Assembly: GCA_038087875.1 (NCBI GenBank)
Contig: CM075992.1
Location: forward strand, 5,644,001-5,708,000
DNA from: Malacoraja senta
Lineage: Eukaryota
DNA: 64,000 nucleotides
Direction of reading: 5' to 3'
Part shown: piece by piece, positions 59,180 through 64,000 of the stretch
How the letters are laid out: every line of letters begins with the position of its first letter
Position numbering within the stretch: position 1 is the first letter of the stretch
The notes under the pieces: generated by a model
The model's database searches: none
Seen by the model: the letters and a program-made list of their open reading frames with translations, nothing else
Told to the model about the DNA's origin: nothing
Position numbers and translations under genes: made by a program

Positions 59180-61784
59180 CTGAAAGGCAGAATAAGTGTT
59201 AGTGAGCATTTTAGCTTTGGTGAATTAAGATACACAGTGAAAACCAATGAATGTTTTGACTCTAAGGCATGACTGTGGGGAAGCAAACGTTGAGGTAAAA
59301 ATTCTCCTTTGTCAAGTCGTCAAGTCAAGTCAAGTTCTATTCGTCACTTGCACATAAAGTGCAAGTGAAATGAATTTGCCAGCAGCGGTACAATAAAAAA
59401 AGAACACACAATACACAATATAAAATTTACACAAACATCCACCACAGCATTCATCACTGTGGTGGAAGGCACAAAATTTGGCCAGTCTGCCTCCATTTCC
59501 CACCGGGACCTCAACCCTCCGCAGTCGCCGCTGCGGGCGTCCAGATGTTCAGACAAGGTAAGTCCAGATAAGTCCTGAATCGGTGCCTCCCCACCGGAGA
59601 CCGCGGCTTCAAGTAGGTGTAGGCCGCAGGCCAGCGGTCGAAGAATTAAAGTCCCCGCCGCGCCGCAGCCAGAAGCACCGCAGACCGCAGGGCCGGCGGT
59701 CGGAGCTCCTCTCCAGGGATCCCTGGCGAGGGACCCCGCTCAGGATGGTAAGTCCACGACGCGCCCCCGGTAGAAGTTATCCGCGTGCCGGCGGTTGGAG
59801 CTCTTCTCCTCCGGGGTCCCCAACGAGGGATCCCAGACCCAGGACGCCGCCATCTGGAGCTCTGCAGACCGCGGCTTCAGGCTGCTGCGGGCCAGCGAAA
59901 TTGGTTGCTCATGTTAAATTTAGGAATATGTTGGTGACTGCTGGACAAGTTCAAAGTCATTGAATAGACAATAGACAATAGTTGCAGGAGTAGGCCATTC
60001 GGCCCTTCAAGCCAGCACAGCCATTCACTGTGATCATGGCTGATCATCCCCATCAGTACCCCGTTCCTGCCTTCTCCCCATATCCCCTGACTCCGTTATC
60101 TTAAAGAGCTCTATCTAACTCTCTCTTGGAAGCATCCAGTGAATTGGTCTCCACAGCCTTCTGAGGCAGAGAATTCCACAGATTCACAACTTTCTGGCTC
60201 TCTGGTTAATGGAGGAAACATTTGAAAGCAGTATGGAATGAATGGCCATGACTAAACTGCACGTTTAACATACCCTTTAACTGACAAGATGGAAAGAGTG
60301 CAGAGAAGATTTACAACAATATTGCCGGGAATTGAGGTCCTGAGCTATAGGGAGAGGTTGAGCAAGCTAGGACTTTATTCCTTGGAGCACAGCAGGATGA
60401 GGGGTGTGTAAAAGCATGAGGGGACTTGATAGGGTGAATGCACAGAGTCTTTTATCCAGGATAGGGGAATCGAGAACTAGAATACACAGGTTTAAGGTCA
60501 AAGGGGAAAGGGCGGCACAGTGGCACAATGGTAAAGTTGCTGCCTTACAGCGCCAAAGACCCAGATTCATCCTGTACGGAGTTTGTACGTTCTCCCAGTG
60601 ACTGTGTTGGGTTTCCCCGGGTGCTCCAATTTCCTCCCACATTCCATAGACGTACAGGTTTATAAGTTAATTTGGCTTCGGTAAAACTTATAAATTGTCC
60701 CAGGTGTGTGGGACAGTTCCAGTGCACGGGTATCACTGGTCGGTGCGGACTCGGTGGGCCGAAGGGCCTGTCTCTGCACTGTATCCCGAAACTAAACTAA
60801 TATTTACCAGTGACTGTAATTCAAAATCATTCATTTGCTGAGAACCATATTGGGATGATCCAAGATTGTAAAAAGATATTACACTACATAAAGGATCAAA
60901 GGTTCTTTATTAGTCACATACACAATTGGTGTAGTGAAATGTGTATTGCCATTGCAGCACATAAAAAAGAATACAACATAACAATAATAAAGAGATTTAA
61001 CATTTTAACTTTTTTTTTTTTAAATTAAAAAAAAATCCCCCCACAATGGTTCCCATTATGAGGGAAGACACAAAGTCCAGTCCCCCACCACAGTCCCCCA
61101 TAGATCTCCCCACCTCTCTTTCTTCAACAGTTTGCAACTCACCAATCAAGATGTGATTATTTTGAATGTTGATGTAAGGATTGCAGTTGTCACCCTTTAT
61201 GATAAATTGGTAAATTAACACGCCAGCATACTTAACTGTAAGGAAAAGATAGTGTGATTAGTGTGGAGGGATTCATGCCTGATGCGAGCAATTGGGATTA
61301 GTGAAGATCGGCATCATGGTTGGTATGGATGAGTTAGGTTGAAGGGCCCCTTTCTATGCTTTATAGCTCCATGGGCCCTTGACGTGACCACAGAACTCCA
61401 GTTGGAGTTGCAGCTAGCTCAGTCCACCCACAGATCAGTGATAAAGTGCATTTAGTTACGGTTAGACAAAATTTTGCATCTGTGATATACCAGCCCTTTG
61501 GCCCTATATGTCCAGTCTTACAAAAATCCCAAGAATTATTTCTGAATATCTATCCGTTGCCTTGTGTCTAAGTCTGCAAAGGGCAGTATAAGTGAAGCGC
61601 AGTGATCTTGAACAAAAATTAAATTTGAGCATTGTGTAATGCACTGTGTTAGCAACGGCTTTATTACTTGAATAACCCCACGCCATCTCCCCCAAATGTC
61701 ATATTAGTTATCTGAGCCACATAGTAACTCATCTTTAAGATAAAGAATCTTCAAAGCATATGACTAGGAATGGATGGTTTAGGC

Positions 61785-62125
61785 CACGGGTGGGGAACCT
61801 GCGGCCTTCGAGGCACTTGAGTGCGACCTTTTGAATGAATCCAAATGTTGTAGAACAAATCCTTTTATTTTTATTAATATATTGTTTGCCTTTTATTATT
61901 TTTTATTTTAATCCTAAAATGAACGTATTTAAAATACCAAAGAGTAAAAGAAGATTCAACGAAATAATCCTCCCCGACTGACGGCCACAATTAAAACATT
62001 AGTAAGTCATGAGGGCTATTTTAAGAAAATAATGTACATTTTGAAGTATATTTAATTGAAGTTTCTTGGATGCGGCCTTATTAGATTACAGCTAACTTCC
62101 AACATGAAAAGGTTCCCTGCCCCTG
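61785..62125. mobile_element. hAT (Charlie-like) non-autonomous DNA transposon
   Basis: Ends CACGGGTGGGGAACCT / AGGTTCCCTGCCCCTG; exact 8-bp TSD GTTTAGGC at 61777-61784 and 62126-62133. Confidence 0.88.
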
Positions 62126-62384
62126 GTTTAGGCTTTCTCAGCATCTGATGGCCACACTCCCCGACACTTAGGCTGTCAGCAGTCAGTCTGGTGGAAGATC
62201 TCACTTGGTTTGGAGGACAATGACTAGGCCAACACTCCAATACAGCAAAGGCAGATGCAAAATGCGGCAGTAACTCAGCGGGTGAGGCAGCATCTATGGA
62301 GCGAAGGAATGGGTGACGTTTCGGGTCAAGACCCTTCTTCACCCATTCCTTCTCTCCTTAGAAGGTACACAAAAATGCTGGAGA

Positions 62385-62915
62385 ATCTATTGCATCCACT
62401 GCTCTAGATGTCAGCTGATCTGCATCGGTGAGACCAAGCGGAGGCTTGGCGATCGTTTCGCCGAACACCTCCGGTCGGTCTGCAATAACCAACCTGACCT
62501 CCCGGTGGCTCAGCACTTCAACTCCCCCTCCCATTCTGTATCTGACCTCTCTGTCCTGGGTCTCCTCCATGGCCACAGCGAGCAACACCGGAAATTGGAG
62601 GAAATGCACCTCATATTCCGCTTGGGCAGTCTACATCCTGTGGGCATGAACATTGAATTCTCCCAATTTTGCTAGCCCTTGGTGTCTCCTCCCCTTCCTC
62701 AGCCCTCTGGTTGTCTCCTCCCATCCCTCAGCCCTCGGGCTCCTCCCCCACCTTTTTTCCATTCTTCTCCCCACCCCCTATCAGTCTGAAGAAGGGTTTC
62801 GGCCCGAAACGTTGCCTATTTCCTTCGCTCCATAGATGCTGCTGCACCCGCTGAGTTTCTCCAGCATTTTTGTGTACCTTTGATTTTCCAGCATCTGCAG
62901 TTCCTTCTTTAACAC
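62385..62915 (+). mobile_element. Second Penelope-like GIY-YIG fragment plus terminal module, nested in a related inverted module
   Basis: IYCIHCSRCQLICIGETKRRLGDRFAEH...PVAQHFN; near-identical to 51705-52237. Confidence 0.9.
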
Positions 62916-64000
62916 TTCTCTCCTTAGATGCTGCCTCATCCGCTGAGTTACTCCAACATTTTGTGTCTACCTTCGATTTTGACCAGCATCTGCAGTTCTT
63001 TCTCACACTACAATACAGCACCCTAAGAGTGAGAGATTATAGTCCATAAAATGCCTCTGAGCTTCCAACATCATGATGGGCGATTGTTCTTCAAAAATAG
63101 TTCTGGACGCACTTTTGGAGATTATGTGGTTGCGTCAGAAATGCAACTCCTTTCCCATAGATCCAGAGTATTCAGGTTCAGATTGATCAAAGTCAGGTTA
63201 TAGGCATCCTAAAGATCCACAAGTGACTTGGGTCCAACTGTAACCTTTCCACCATTATTAATATTTATGTATAAGGTTAACTGCAGTGAGAAATATCTCA
63301 GACAGATCTCAGGCACCTTTAATGATTCAGCGTGATTGCTCAATCATCAAGGGAACCCAATGTCATTTGCTTGGATAATGCGGAAGTTCCTTGTATGTTG
63401 CAAAACATACTTGGCTAATAAAGTAATATTGTATTGTAAGTTAATTTGTTTTGAATCTTCTGTGCCCTGTTCTTTGTTTTAACGACTGCCTTCCCAAGAG
63501 TGCCAGTCATTTGACAAATAAACAATTTAAACCCAGGGATATCAGAGTAGAAACAAGGGACTCATGATGAATTGTTCAACTCCTGCGAAGTACAAATTAT
63601 CTCTATAAGCACAATGAGTCAAAGATTATCAGGAAGAGAGAAGCTTTAGTTTTTTTCCTCTCTCGCTCAACCACAAAGACATCAAACACTCAAGTATATA
63701 CCAGATAAAACAGCCTGCATTTATATAGCTCCTTTAATTGAATAAAATGATTCAAGATTCTTCACAAGAGTGATTATTAAACAATATTTAACACTAGGCC
63801 ACATGAATAGGCATTGGAATAAACTTTTGGTAAGTTGATCAAGAATGCATTTAAGAAGGAAAGTGACATTGGAGAAGGGTCAGCTGGGAAGATGTAAAAA
63901 CAATTTTTGACCTTGTCCATTCTAACCAGGGGATTCTAGGACATCTCATTTAAAACTAGTGAGTACAAGGCCTCCCAGGTTTGTGGCAGAGCTCCCCTCC

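Noticed and set aside
59330..59910. GC/CpG-rich stretch with a 126-aa ORF, possible promoter CpG island
   Set aside because: Has an (acttg)n-type tail on the minus strand and shares the ttccaccacagtga motif with repeats at about 28890-29190 and 33160-33360; best read as a retroposon.
61144..61580. Possible further 5' ADGRE exons (about 61520-61575 and 61144-61195, both with good GT donors)
   Set aside because: Splice sites are plausible, but the peptides (LRHKATDRYSEIILGIF; GDNCNPYINIQNNHILI) resemble neither a signal peptide nor an EGF module; cannot be supported without transcripts.
1..64000. CRISPR arrays, rRNA or prokaryote-type defence systems
   Set aside because: Sequence is intron-containing vertebrate DNA; no regularly spaced repeat-spacer array, operon or rRNA similarity seen.

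Overview
Eukaryotic, repeat-rich vertebrate DNA, most likely from a cartilaginous fish (skate/ray/shark), judged from the HE1-type tRNA-derived SINEs and CR1 LINEs; the species cannot be fixed from sequence alone. All recognisable host genes lie on the minus strand. In + coordinates: (1) the first coding exon of a retinol dehydrogenase 8-like SDR (2556-2661; the rest runs off the window start); (2) a complete 5-exon PGLS gene (256 aa, CDS 8368-16332) with a CpG-island/CCAAT promoter carrying a 113-bp tandem duplication; (3) a cryptic tandem array of four decayed histone H3 loci (about 17740-22760) that keep histone stem-loop/HDE-like 3' ends, one split by an L2 LINE and one still carrying a CCAAT-GC-TATA promoter; (4) a long EGF-TM7 adhesion GPCR (ADGRE family) gene with 16 in-phase coding exons (26410-59179), odd EGF modules and a non-canonical GPS (CNQV/TNLALLI); its 5' end was not found. 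The introns hold CR1, L2, Rex/Babar and Penelope (GIY-YIG) elements, SINEs, Harbinger and hAT MITEs, a 135-bp (GAA)-tailed retroposon with 12-13 bp TSDs, and many Penelope-derived modules with a hammerhead-ribozyme-like core. Exon structures were derived by hand from splice sites and reading frames and have not been confirmed with transcripts.
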